Positions 36,939 to 46,671 of a stretch of DNA of 64,000 nucleotides are shown piece after piece. This DNA comes from Bacillota bacterium (GTDB lineage: Bacteria; Bacillota; Clostridia; UBA1381; UMGS1253). The stretch covers positions 25,599 through 89,598 of the forward strand of contig JAKJBW010000007.1 in the NCBI GenBank assembly GCA_022706785.1, read 5' to 3'. Position numbers and translations under genes: made by a program. The notes under the pieces are model-generated. The model did no database searches. It was not told the origin of the DNA and saw only the letters and a list, made by a program, of their open reading frames with translations. Every line of letters starts with the position of its first letter. Within the stretch, counting starts at the first letter, position 1.

Positions 36939-37379
36939 ATGACTATGAGTGACTATATCGAAAAAGGGAAGCAAATTATGAACGATTTTACTAAAACATC
37001 AAGTTTTACACGCAAATTGGTATGTGTCAATATTGTATCGTCTGATCCAAAACGGCTCGCCGATTTCTACCGAAACGTTTTAGGTGCAGACATCAACGAG
37101 GAACATGGTGCTCCGCGCCGCATTGAAATATGGTTCGGAGAAAGAGACGAAAACACCGTTTGTATTGTTGTAAATTATGAAGAAGGATTTACGCCGCAGA
37201 CCGTTACCGCCTGTCAGGGATTTGAGTTTCGCGTGACAGACGTTGACGCGGAATACAAACGGATACGAGATTTGGATATTGATGTAAAAGAACCGCCAAA
37301 AGATGTATCTTGGGGTTATCGTTTTTTCAATATCAAAGATCCGGACGGTAACGGTATTGATATTGTTCAAGCTTTATAA
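36939..37379 (+). CDS. VOC-family (glyoxalase / bleomycin-resistance-like) protein
   Basis: 146 aa. LADFYRNVLGA ... FEFRVTDVDAEYKRI ... GYRFFNIKDPDGNGIDIVQ. Confidence 0.7.
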   Translation: MTMSDYIEKGKQIMNDFTKTSSFTRKLVCVNIVSSDPKRLADFYRNVLGADINEEHGAPRRIEIWFGERDENTVCIVVNYEEGFTPQTVTACQGFEFRVTDVDAEYKRIRDLDIDVKEPPKDVSWGYRFFNIKDPDGNGIDIVQAL

Positions 37380-37497
37380 GGGCATATAGGAAGTATAAGC
37401 ATTTTTCTATATTCCCGTTAAAAAGTGTACCCCCTAACACAACGAAATGCACCCCATAAAAGAAAAATACACCCCATAATAAAAACTTTTCGCGTTA

Positions 37498-37526
37498 TTG
37501 ACTTTCTCGTTAAATTGTATTAAAAT
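37498..37526 (+). promoter_or_regulatory. Promoter-like element (TTGACT, 17 nt, TAAAAT)
   Basis: Good -35 and -10 spacing. The only downstream element is the hairpin terminator about 25 nt later. Confidence 0.4.
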
Positions 37527-37547
37527 TTGTTGCATTAGACAATCAGT

Positions 37548-37580
37548 AATGGCGATTCTTTGGAATCGCCATTATTTTTT
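37548..37580 (+). terminator. Strong intrinsic terminator
   Basis: aatggcgattc / gaatcgccatt 11-bp stem, tttg loop, then ATTTTTT. Confidence 0.65.
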
Positions 37581-37711
37581 ACCTCAACTCTCCGCCATTT
37601 TACAATGAACCGGGTTTGCCGGTTCACTAAGGGAAGTTCGCGGCTGCCCAAAACTTAAGCGCAGAGCATAGTTTAAGGAAACTTGGGCTATGCTCTTTTT
37701 CTTTTCAGCAT

Positions 37712-38181
37712 TTAGGCAACCCCGACAAATACTAACCATCCTGCGGCAAATAGGATTGCGCCACCAATCGTCATATTCGGCGCGGAAAATCCAAACCCGC
37801 CGAGAGAGCGAACGGGTGCGCCAATGCCGCTCAAATCGCCATATCCCAGCCACGTTCCAATTCCTTCAGCTTTTTCTGAATGGGGTAAACCCCCTAAGGC
37901 GTCCTCGCCGTTTTGCCTTTCGGGGCCGTTCCAATATGTGCTTACCCTTTCTGTGAACAAGTTATATCGAAAATGGAATTTTAGCACGCGATTACGGTTA
38001 ATCTGAATAGCAAGGGGCTCGCCCGTACCGTACCTGGCAACGGCCGTTTCATAAATTGCCTTTGATTCTTCATATTGTGATCGGTCAAATGGTCCGCGGT
38101 TCTCCGAAAGCAAGCGTTTGTATTGTGCAATAGCCTGTTTTGACTGCTTGGAGTTGCGAGTTCAAATTCCCCTGCTGCCAT
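37712..38181 (-). pseudogene. Possible frameshifted gene encoding a Gly-rich, C-terminally membrane-anchored protein
   Basis: ATG 38181 opens a 66-codon frame. A second frame (TTG 38113, open from about 38160) continues for 133 aa, so one indel would join them. No family recognised. Confidence 0.3.
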
Positions 38182-38446
38182 GGAAAAACCGACTGTGGTA
38201 TAAACAATAAATAAAACTGCGAGGAAGTGGTTTGTTCAAATATATACAGAAAAATATGGCTTAGTTTGCACAGCTATCATCATATTGATAAAAAACTTGA
38301 CAAAAACGGCTAAAAAAATCCTTGAAAAATCCGTAAACTTATAATATACTATTAGTACTTTTTATATTTCTCAGGCTGTTGAAATAAAATATAGTCTAAA
38401 AGCCGGTTGTCAGTTGCCCGGATGGTATCGATTGTGGGGGGTTTTT

Positions 38447-39286
38447 ATGTATGAAATATTAAAAAAGCAAGAGCTTAACGAGCAGGTTAAGCTGATGGAA
38501 ATATATGCGCCGGGGATTGCCAAAAAGGCCAAAGCGGGACAGTTTATTATGCTTCGTATTGACGAGAATGGCGAGCGCATACCTTTAACCATTGCGGATT
38601 ATGATCGCGAAAAAGGTTCCGTGACGATTATTTTTCAAGAAGTGGGCAAAAGCACAATTCATTTGGGTATGTTAAACGAAGGGGAATGCTTGGCCGATTT
38701 TGTCGGTCCGCTGGGCGTTGCCACGCATTTGGAGGGCTACCGGAAAGCGGCGGTAATCGGAGGCGGGTTAGGCACGGCAATTGCATACCCCCAGGCAAAA
38801 GCGCTGAAAAAGATCGGTTGCGATGTTACCGTCATTGCGGGATTTAGGAATAAAGACCTCATCATACTGGAAAAAGAGCTTTTCGATATTACCGATAAAA
38901 CCATCATCACGACTGACGACGGTTCAAACGGAATAAAAGGTTTTGTGACAAATATTCTGGAGGACAAAATCAAAGAGGGGGAGGAGTTTGACCTGGTTAT
39001 CGCCATCGGCCCCCTAGTGATGATGAAAGCGGTTTCGCAGTTGACAAAACGCTACGGCATCAAAACCATTGTGAGCATGAACCCTGTTATGATCGACGGA
39101 ACAGGCATGTGCGGCGGCTGCCGGGTTAAGGTTGGCGGCCAGACCAAGTTTGCCTGTGTTGACGGACCTGACTTCGACGGCCATTTAATTGATTTTGATC
39201 TGGCCATCAGAAGGCAGAACTTTTACAAAAAAGAGGAACAGACATCGGTGGAAAAACATCGCTGCAGACTGGAGGGTGTGAACTGA
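38447..39286 (+). CDS. nfnA: NADH-dependent reduced ferredoxin:NADP oxidoreductase subunit A (PyrK-like FAD/NAD-binding, 2Fe-2S)
   Basis: Start at ATG 38447. GQFIMLRIDENGERIPLTIA, GGGLGTA, C-terminal CGGCRVKVGGQTKFACVDGPDF. Confidence 0.75.
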   Translation: MYEILKKQELNEQVKLMEIYAPGIAKKAKAGQFIMLRIDENGERIPLTIADYDREKGSVTIIFQEVGKSTIHLGMLNEGECLADFVGPLGVATHLEGYRKAAVIGGGLGTAIAYPQAKALKKIGCDVTVIAGFRNKDLIILEKELFDITDKTIITTDDGSNGIKGFVTNILEDKIKEGEEFDLVIAIGPLVMMKAVSQLTKRYGIKTIVSMNPVMIDGTGMCGGCRVKVGGQTKFACVDGPDFDGHLIDFDLAIRRQNFYKKEEQTSVEKHRCRLEGVN

Positions 39287-40695
39287 TGCCGAATATGTCT
39301 TTACATAAGGTTGAAATGCCCGAACAAAATCCTGACGTGAGAAACAAAAATTTTAAAGAGGTTGCGTTGGGCTATGATGAGGATATGGCGGTTACCGAGG
39401 CGCAAAGGTGCTTAAACTGCAAAACAAGGCCTTGTGTTTCAGGCTGCCCTGTCAATGTTGCGATACCGGATTTTATCATGAAAATCATCCGGGGGGATTT
39501 TATCGGCGCATATGAAACCATAAAAGAAACAAACGCGCTGCCCGCGGTTTGCGGGCGGGTATGTCCCCAGGAAAGTCAGTGTGAACAGCTTTGTGTCAGG
39601 GGAAAAAAGGGCGAACCGGTTGCAATCGGGCGGCTGGAGCGTTTTGCCGCCGATTATTTTTTGGCAAACGGCGCTTCAAAGGCAAAAAAAGCTGAAAGCA
39701 ACGGGATCAAAGTGGCCGTGATCGGGGCCGGTCCTGCCGGGATCACCTGTGCGTCGGATTTGGCACAAATGGGGTATGACGTGACCGTGTTTGAGGCCTT
39801 TCATAAAGCGGGCGGGGTTTTGGTTTACGGAATTCCTGAATTCAGGCTGCCCAAAGCCATCGTGCAGAAAGAGATCGACGCCCTTTTGGACATGGGCGTT
39901 AAAATACAGACCAATATGGTGATCGGAAGGATTAAATCTATAGACGAATTGAAGCAGGAAGGCTATCAGGCCATTTTTATCGGTTCGGGGGCAGGCCTTC
40001 CAAATTTTATGAATATCGAAGGGGAAGATTTAAACGGCGTTTATTCCTCCAACGAGTTTTTAACGCGCATCAATCTGATGCGGGCATATGAATTTCCCAA
40101 TTATGATACGCCGGTTAAAATTCCGGAGGTTGCCGCGGTGATCGGCGGCGGAAACGTTGCCATGGACGCGGCGAGGTGCGCTAAAAGGCTGGGGGCCAAA
40201 GAGGTTTATATTATTTACAGGCGGGGCGAGCAGGAAATGCCTGCCCGGCTGGAAGAAATCCATCATGCCAAGGAGGAAGGGATTATCTTTAAGCTGTTGT
40301 CTGCCCCCACAAGGATTCTCGGAAACGACGAGGGCTGGGTAACGGGCATAGAATGCGTGGAGATGGAGCTGGGGGAGCCGGATGCTTCGGGCAGACGGCG
40401 GCCTGTTGTAAAAAAGGGCAGCGAATACACCATTGATTTGGATACGGTTATTGTTGCTATAGGGCAGTCGCCAAACCCGTTGATCCGCAATACGACGCCC
40501 AACTTGGAAACGGAATCCTGGGGCGGTATTATCGTGGAGGAGGAAACGGGAAAGACCTCCAAAGCGGGGGTATACGCCGGCGGGGATGCCGTTACGGGCG
40601 CGGCGACGGTTATCTTGGCCATGGGCGCCGGCAAGGTTGCCGCAAAGGCGATTGATGACTTTTTAAGCGAAAATAAAGAAGAAAAACGGCTGTAG
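39286..40695 (+). CDS. nfnB: NfnB / glutamate-synthase small-subunit-like NADPH oxidoreductase
   Basis: 469 aa. ATGA overlap with nfnA. Fe-S Cys motifs CLNCKTRPCVSGCP and CGRVCPQESQCEQLC. Two Rossmann motifs, VIGAGPAG and VIGGGNVA. Confidence 0.8.
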   Translation: MPNMSLHKVEMPEQNPDVRNKNFKEVALGYDEDMAVTEAQRCLNCKTRPCVSGCPVNVAIPDFIMKIIRGDFIGAYETIKETNALPAVCGRVCPQESQCEQLCVRGKKGEPVAIGRLERFAADYFLANGASKAKKAESNGIKVAVIGAGPAGITCASDLAQMGYDVTVFEAFHKAGGVLVYGIPEFRLPKAIVQKEIDALLDMGVKIQTNMVIGRIKSIDELKQEGYQAIFIGSGAGLPNFMNIEGEDLNGVYSSNEFLTRINLMRAYEFPNYDTPVKIPEVAAVIGGGNVAMDAARCAKRLGAKEVYIIYRRGEQEMPARLEEIHHAKEEGIIFKLLSAPTRILGNDEGWVTGIECVEMELGEPDASGRRRPVVKKGSEYTIDLDTVIVAIGQSPNPLIRNTTPNLETESWGGIIVEEETGKTSKAGVYAGGDAVTGAATVILAMGAGKVAAKAIDDFLSENKEEKRL

Positions 40696-40707
40696 GATCG
40701 GTACTGA

Positions 40708-42123
<1,416 letters not shown>

Positions 42124-42140
42124 TCAACAGAAAACCTTTC

Positions 42141-42182
42141 AAACAGACAGTCCGTTTTATCGGGACTGTCTGTTTTGTTTTG
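42141..42182 (+). terminator. gdhA intrinsic terminator
   Basis: aaacagacagtcc / ggactgtctgttt 13-bp stem followed by TGTTTTG. Confidence 0.7.
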
Positions 42183-42243
42183 TGCGAAGCATTCGGTATT
42201 TCATCAAATCACTTAAAAAACAGATTCGGTTTTTGAGGTGAAC

Positions 42244-42300
42244 AACGGCTGGTATTTGAACATTTTTTTGGAATGCTCAAATACCAGCCGTTATTTTTAC
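42244..42300 (+). terminator. Second hairpin with T-tract (16-bp perfect stem)
   Basis: aacggctggtatttga / tcaaataccagccgtt followed by ATTTTTAC. Confidence 0.5.
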
Positions 42301-42450
42301 GGTGAAACCCTTATAATTAAGGGCTTTACCGTTATGATGTATTTCATATGTAATTGGTGAACAGAATAATTCCATCACAGCATTGTGATACGGCCTCCCT
42401 GAAAGAGAAAAAAGGATTGTGCGGCATGTAACATTTTGGGCAGATTCTGA

Positions 42451-42495
42451 AAACCTCCAAATCAGTGTCGTTATTTGACGCCGATTTGGAGGTTT
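42451..42495 (-). terminator. Terminator of the protease operon
   Basis: aaacctccaaatc / gatttggaggttt. On the minus strand it is followed by TTTTC. Confidence 0.6.
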
Positions 42496-42558
42496 CAGGA
42501 ATATACTCAGTTTATAACTTAATTATTGCATCTTGGCCCTGTTGTCGCTTTCAAAGGA

Positions 42559-45500
42559 TCAGGGCGCTATCAATACCTGGCAGCAGATGAAATCGTCAAA
42601 GTAGTGCGTGCCTCCCCACGAGTCTTTCACAACAAACCTTAAGATATTATTATCTCCGCTGTTGAAGGCAAACGTATACTCCTTCCATTCGTCAGGACTC
42701 CAGCTTGTCGGACCGCAGTCCTTTATTAGCACGCCATCTGTAGTATATATATAGAAATTAGCGGGGATATAGCCCGATTTTCCATATACTCTCCATATAT
42801 AGTCGGTATGCGGGAGTAAATACGCATCCTGCCTGAGCCCGGTCCAGCCTGAATTGCCTGTCAGCTTGGCCGAATAGAAACCCCAAAGATGCTTCTGTTC
42901 GGTTGTCACACTAAACACATCCGATGCGGTCCATGCTGAAAAATCACCTGTTTCAAAACTGTGATTGGCAATCTGAGACGAGAGACGGAAGTGCACAACA
43001 TATGTATTCACCTTGACGCCGTCCTGCGCTGTTACTGTTATTGTTATTGTACCGTTGCCTGATGATACGTCCACCACTCCGTTGGCGGGCATCATCTGTA
43101 CTGTCGCGTTTGGATCCGACTTTATTGCTTCTACCGTTACTGTAGTGGTGAGACCCGACACCTCTGTTATGCGTGTTTCGCCTTGGTTCTCTTCCCCAAA
43201 CCATTCCTGATTCAGCTCCGTTAAACCTGCCGTCTGAAAAACAATTGAGGACAATCTGGCGTCATCCGACAGCGGCGGCGGCTCCGGCGCGCCGGCAATG
43301 CGCAGGTCAGAATCGTCTATGTAGTGCGTCCGTCCGGGATAAGAATCTGAGATGGACGGGACAAGCTGGCTGTAGCTTCCGCTGTTGAAGTTAAGCGTAT
43401 ACTGTGTCCAGACAAAGCCACCCGTGTTATTGACAAAGCCTGAGCCCGGCAGGATGCCGCCGCCGTCAGCCGCAGTTCGCAAAATTCTCATCCGTGCACC
43501 GTTGGCAGCGCTGGATTTCATCCACACTGTCCAGGTGTAGTCTGTATAGGGTATTACATTAACAGTCTGGCCAAGGTAAGTCCAACTGCCGCTGCTGGTC
43601 AGTACAACAGAAAGCATACCCGAATGCGCCTGTTGGGATGTTAAACTGAAATGATCCTGAGGGCTGATCCACGGTGTAAACACGCCTGTTTCAAATCCGG
43701 GATTTGCAAGCAGGTTGTTTGCTACCAGGAATTTGATGGTGTATGTATTTAATGTGATGCCATCCTCGGCCCTGACGACGACTGTTGCTGTGCCGCTTCC
43801 TGACGATAGATCAAGCGTGCCGTTTTCGGGTGTCATCTGTACTGTCGCGTTTGGATCCGCCGCGGTTGCGCCCACATTTACCGAAGTCGCGCCTTCCCAC
43901 AGCTTGACTGTATAGGTGCCGCCTTCATCCGTTGCCGAAAACCCTGTAACCGCTGCGGTCGAGCCATAGCCTGACTGGTATGTCAGTGCTGACAGCTTCG
44001 CGTCGCGGGACAGCGGCTCCGGCGTAGGCCAGTCTTTGAGACGCAGGTCAAAGTCATCGATATAATGCGTGCGGTTCTTTTGCGAATCCGACACAGAGAG
44101 GGTAAGCTCGGTGCAGCTTCCGCTGTTAAAATTAATGGTGTATGGCGTCCATACATTGCCGCCTACGTTATCCACAGCGGTAGTTCCGGGGAGCATACCG
44201 CCGCCTTGAGCTGCGGTTCGAAGCACCCTGAGCCTGGCTCCGCTTGCGCCGCTGGATTTCATGTATACCGTCCAGGTATAATCCGTATTTGGGATGACAT
44301 TGACCACCTGTCCCAAATAGCCCCAGCTGGCGGTTCCCGCAAGCTTGACCGAGTGCGTACCGGAACGCTTCTGCTCTGTTGTCACGCTGAATTGCGGCTG
44401 GTTGAAGGTCCACGGAGAAGAATCTTCTTTTTCAAAACCGGGATTTTTAAGAAGATTGCCCCCGACGCAAACGGTACATGAGGTGGTATAACCGCCCACT
44501 GCCGTTGTTGCGGTGATGGTGGCTTGCCCCGGGGAAACGGCTGTAACATTTCCGGTAGAATCTACTGCAGCTACGGCAGGATCGCTCGAACTCCAGTAAA
44601 TTAATTTATCCTCGTCGGGAACATTACTAGGTATGACAGAGGCGGATAATGCAACAGAGTCGCCTATATTCGGAAGATCCACATATTCATAAACAGGCGT
44701 AATGCCTGTAACCGAATATTCAAGCGCAAGAGATGGATCCCCATAAATGTTATACATTAACATCATAGCCCATGGGAAATCGCCGTTACACGCAAACTTA
44801 CCATATCCTCTGTATGCATTATTTAATGAATCACCCGTAGTCAGCCCATCAAGTATAAGATTTTTAGAGTAGTCATATAGTAACCAGTTATTAAATAGAG
44901 ACCAGCTAATTCTTGTGGCGCCTAAAGTGTTGATAGCGCCGCTTAATAAAAGTTTATAAGCTAAATTATCTGTAGCCTCCGGATAAGCAGTCCAACAACT
45001 GGCTTGGAATGTAAAGCTGTACCAGTCATCCAACGTGCTTGCTGTAGTAATATCCATTATATCGGAAGCCCCTTGAGGCCAGCCATGTGTCGACCAAGCC
45101 ACAAGCCCTGGGGATATGCCGTTCCATTGATCTCTCACATTTGTCTGGGTACATGGCACTGTAATATTAGTATTTGGGTCATTTGGAACATAACTGTCAT
45201 ATACACGTTGATAACCATATCCGGCTGGTATTAAAATATCATTTTTTACTTCTTCCAAAGTCGTATATCCTACATCAGTCGGAGTTATTGGTTTGCCAGC
45301 GAGTAAAACGTCCTTAGAAGGAGTGATCGTCCCAGCATCTATAGTCTTTTGCAAAATTACATCGAGATCATTCATGGTTCCATAATATGGAATTCGCCCG
45401 ACTGTTAATTCTCCATAGCAATCCGCTCCACCATCCCCATAATCATCTTCATATTCACCAAATTTGCCATCAGCATCCACATCCCAATTACCGCTCATTT

Positions 45501-46608
45501 CAGAATAAAAGAAATCAGTAGGAATAGGTTGATATTCGTCCAGTGTTAGATCACGATAAGGACCATATGCACATGCCATTTTCATTGGAACAGTACCGGT
45601 GGCCGGGTTAGGGTTGCCAATCAGCAAGGCGTATCTGAGGCTAAGGCTCTCGTAATTTGATTGCAGCCACGCGCGGATATTGTTGGCAGCGGTGTCGCCT
45701 GTCCCGCCGCCCCAGTCGCTCTCGGTCACCACATAAACATCAAACCCTTTGTTTTGCTTGTCTGCTACAAAGGCATTTAATTTGGTTGAATTATTTTTAA
45801 TATCATTTGTTGTTAAGATGACATATCCCACGCCTAGCTGCGACGAGCTTGCCGCGCCCCGCAAAGTACTTGTCATGCTTTGCGACGGGGCAGCATCATC
45901 AATATATTGGGCTGCCATTTCATTATAATTGGCTGCACCCTCAGCAACCATTTTATCAGCACGGCTCTTCAAAAGATCCTTTCCCGGTTTTTTCGTATAT
46001 TTTTTATCCGAAGCCTTTAGTCTGTAGTTAATGACAATATTACCCGCGCTTAATTTGCGCAAAGATTTGGAAACAGGATTATACAAATAAGGGCTTATTG
46101 TAATGTCATCCATTTTCCACTCGTGTAATTGGCCGGTTTTTGATTGTATAATAGTTGAATTGGGGTAAAACTTATCGGCATTATAGATCGCAGCATCTTT
46201 TCCGTTTTCGATCGTTTTACCCTCCGGCCAGAACTCCTTTTTCTCATTATCAGCCGGCACTAACGGTCCGTTGGCCCGCACATCCCAGGATCCGGGCACA
46301 TCTGTGTATTCGTCTCCTTGCATTTCGACCGTTACAGAACCGAAATCAACGTCCGGCGGCAATATGGCGCTGATCTTTTGAATCGGTATTGCGGGTTCCC
46401 CCGGTATGCTGTTTGTTGTGCAATCCGAAAATACCGCGTAACCGTCCTTATCTGTTTCCAGAGATATATCTTGAATCGGAATAGGAATTACGATCTGATT
46501 CGATCCTTTTGAATCACCCTTCTTTGCAAAGATGTTCGGGCTGACTGAAAAGGAAATCAATAAACTTACAAGCAGAATGGCAGATATTCTTCTCATGCTT
46601 TTATACAA
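42559..46608 (-). CDS. Secreted gingipain-like (peptidase C25 family) multidomain protein with a Big_2 domain, three CBM-like and two cadherin-like modules
   Basis: 1349 aa. Signal peptide. C25 propeptide/catalytic-like region (GEPAIPIQ, VGYVILTT, YALLIGNPNP, LTVGRIPYY, STHGWPQG, FQASCWTAYP). Big_2 (SSSDPAVAAVDSTGNVTAVSPGQATITA). Repeated NPGFE...HYIDDFDLR modules. Confidence 0.6.
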   Translation of the reverse strand: MYKSMRRISAILLVSLLISFSVSPNIFAKKGDSKGSNQIVIPIPIQDISLETDKDGYAVFSDCTTNSIPGEPAIPIQKISAILPPDVDFGSVTVEMQGDEYTDVPGSWDVRANGPLVPADNEKKEFWPEGKTIENGKDAAIYNADKFYPNSTIIQSKTGQLHEWKMDDITISPYLYNPVSKSLRKLSAGNIVINYRLKASDKKYTKKPGKDLLKSRADKMVAEGAANYNEMAAQYIDDAAPSQSMTSTLRGAASSSQLGVGYVILTTNDIKNNSTKLNAFVADKQNKGFDVYVVTESDWGGGTGDTAANNIRAWLQSNYESLSLRYALLIGNPNPATGTVPMKMACAYGPYRDLTLDEYQPIPTDFFYSEMSGNWDVDADGKFGEYEDDYGDGGADCYGELTVGRIPYYGTMNDLDVILQKTIDAGTITPSKDVLLAGKPITPTDVGYTTLEEVKNDILIPAGYGYQRVYDSYVPNDPNTNITVPCTQTNVRDQWNGISPGLVAWSTHGWPQGASDIMDITTASTLDDWYSFTFQASCWTAYPEATDNLAYKLLLSGAINTLGATRISWSLFNNWLLYDYSKNLILDGLTTGDSLNNAYRGYGKFACNGDFPWAMMLMYNIYGDPSLALEYSVTGITPVYEYVDLPNIGDSVALSASVIPSNVPDEDKLIYWSSSDPAVAAVDSTGNVTAVSPGQATITATTAVGGYTTSCTVCVGGNLLKNPGFEKEDSSPWTFNQPQFSVTTEQKRSGTHSVKLAGTASWGYLGQVVNVIPNTDYTWTVYMKSSGASGARLRVLRTAAQGGGMLPGTTAVDNVGGNVWTPYTINFNSGSCTELTLSVSDSQKNRTHYIDDFDLRLKDWPTPEPLSRDAKLSALTYQSGYGSTAAVTGFSATDEGGTYTVKLWEGATSVNVGATAADPNATVQMTPENGTLDLSSGSGTATVVVRAEDGITLNTYTIKFLVANNLLANPGFETGVFTPWISPQDHFSLTSQQAHSGMLSVVLTSSGSWTYLGQTVNVIPYTDYTWTVWMKSSAANGARMRILRTAADGGGILPGSGFVNNTGGFVWTQYTLNFNSGSYSQLVPSISDSYPGRTHYIDDSDLRIAGAPEPPPLSDDARLSSIVFQTAGLTELNQEWFGEENQGETRITEVSGLTTTVTVEAIKSDPNATVQMMPANGVVDVSSGNGTITITVTAQDGVKVNTYVVHFRLSSQIANHSFETGDFSAWTASDVFSVTTEQKHLWGFYSAKLTGNSGWTGLRQDAYLLPHTDYIWRVYGKSGYIPANFYIYTTDGVLIKDCGPTSWSPDEWKEYTFAFNSGDNNILRFVVKDSWGGTHYFDDFICCQVLIAP

Positions 46609-46671
46609 TTTTGATCATTCCTTTCATTGTTGTATTTAATTGACAGGCTCACAGCTTATCCAAGCTGCCGC

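Larger units (their letters stand above)
25194..37597. mobile_element. Putative integrated accessory island / degenerate phage-like element next to tRNA-Ser(GCT)
   Basis: Begins right after the tRNA. Contains a phage capsid gene, sigma-like regulators and two large serine recombinases. Base composition visibly differs from the flanks. The 9-10 nt tRNA 3-prime end (c)tctccgcca recurs at 37588-37597. The right boundary is tentative. Confidence 0.45.
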
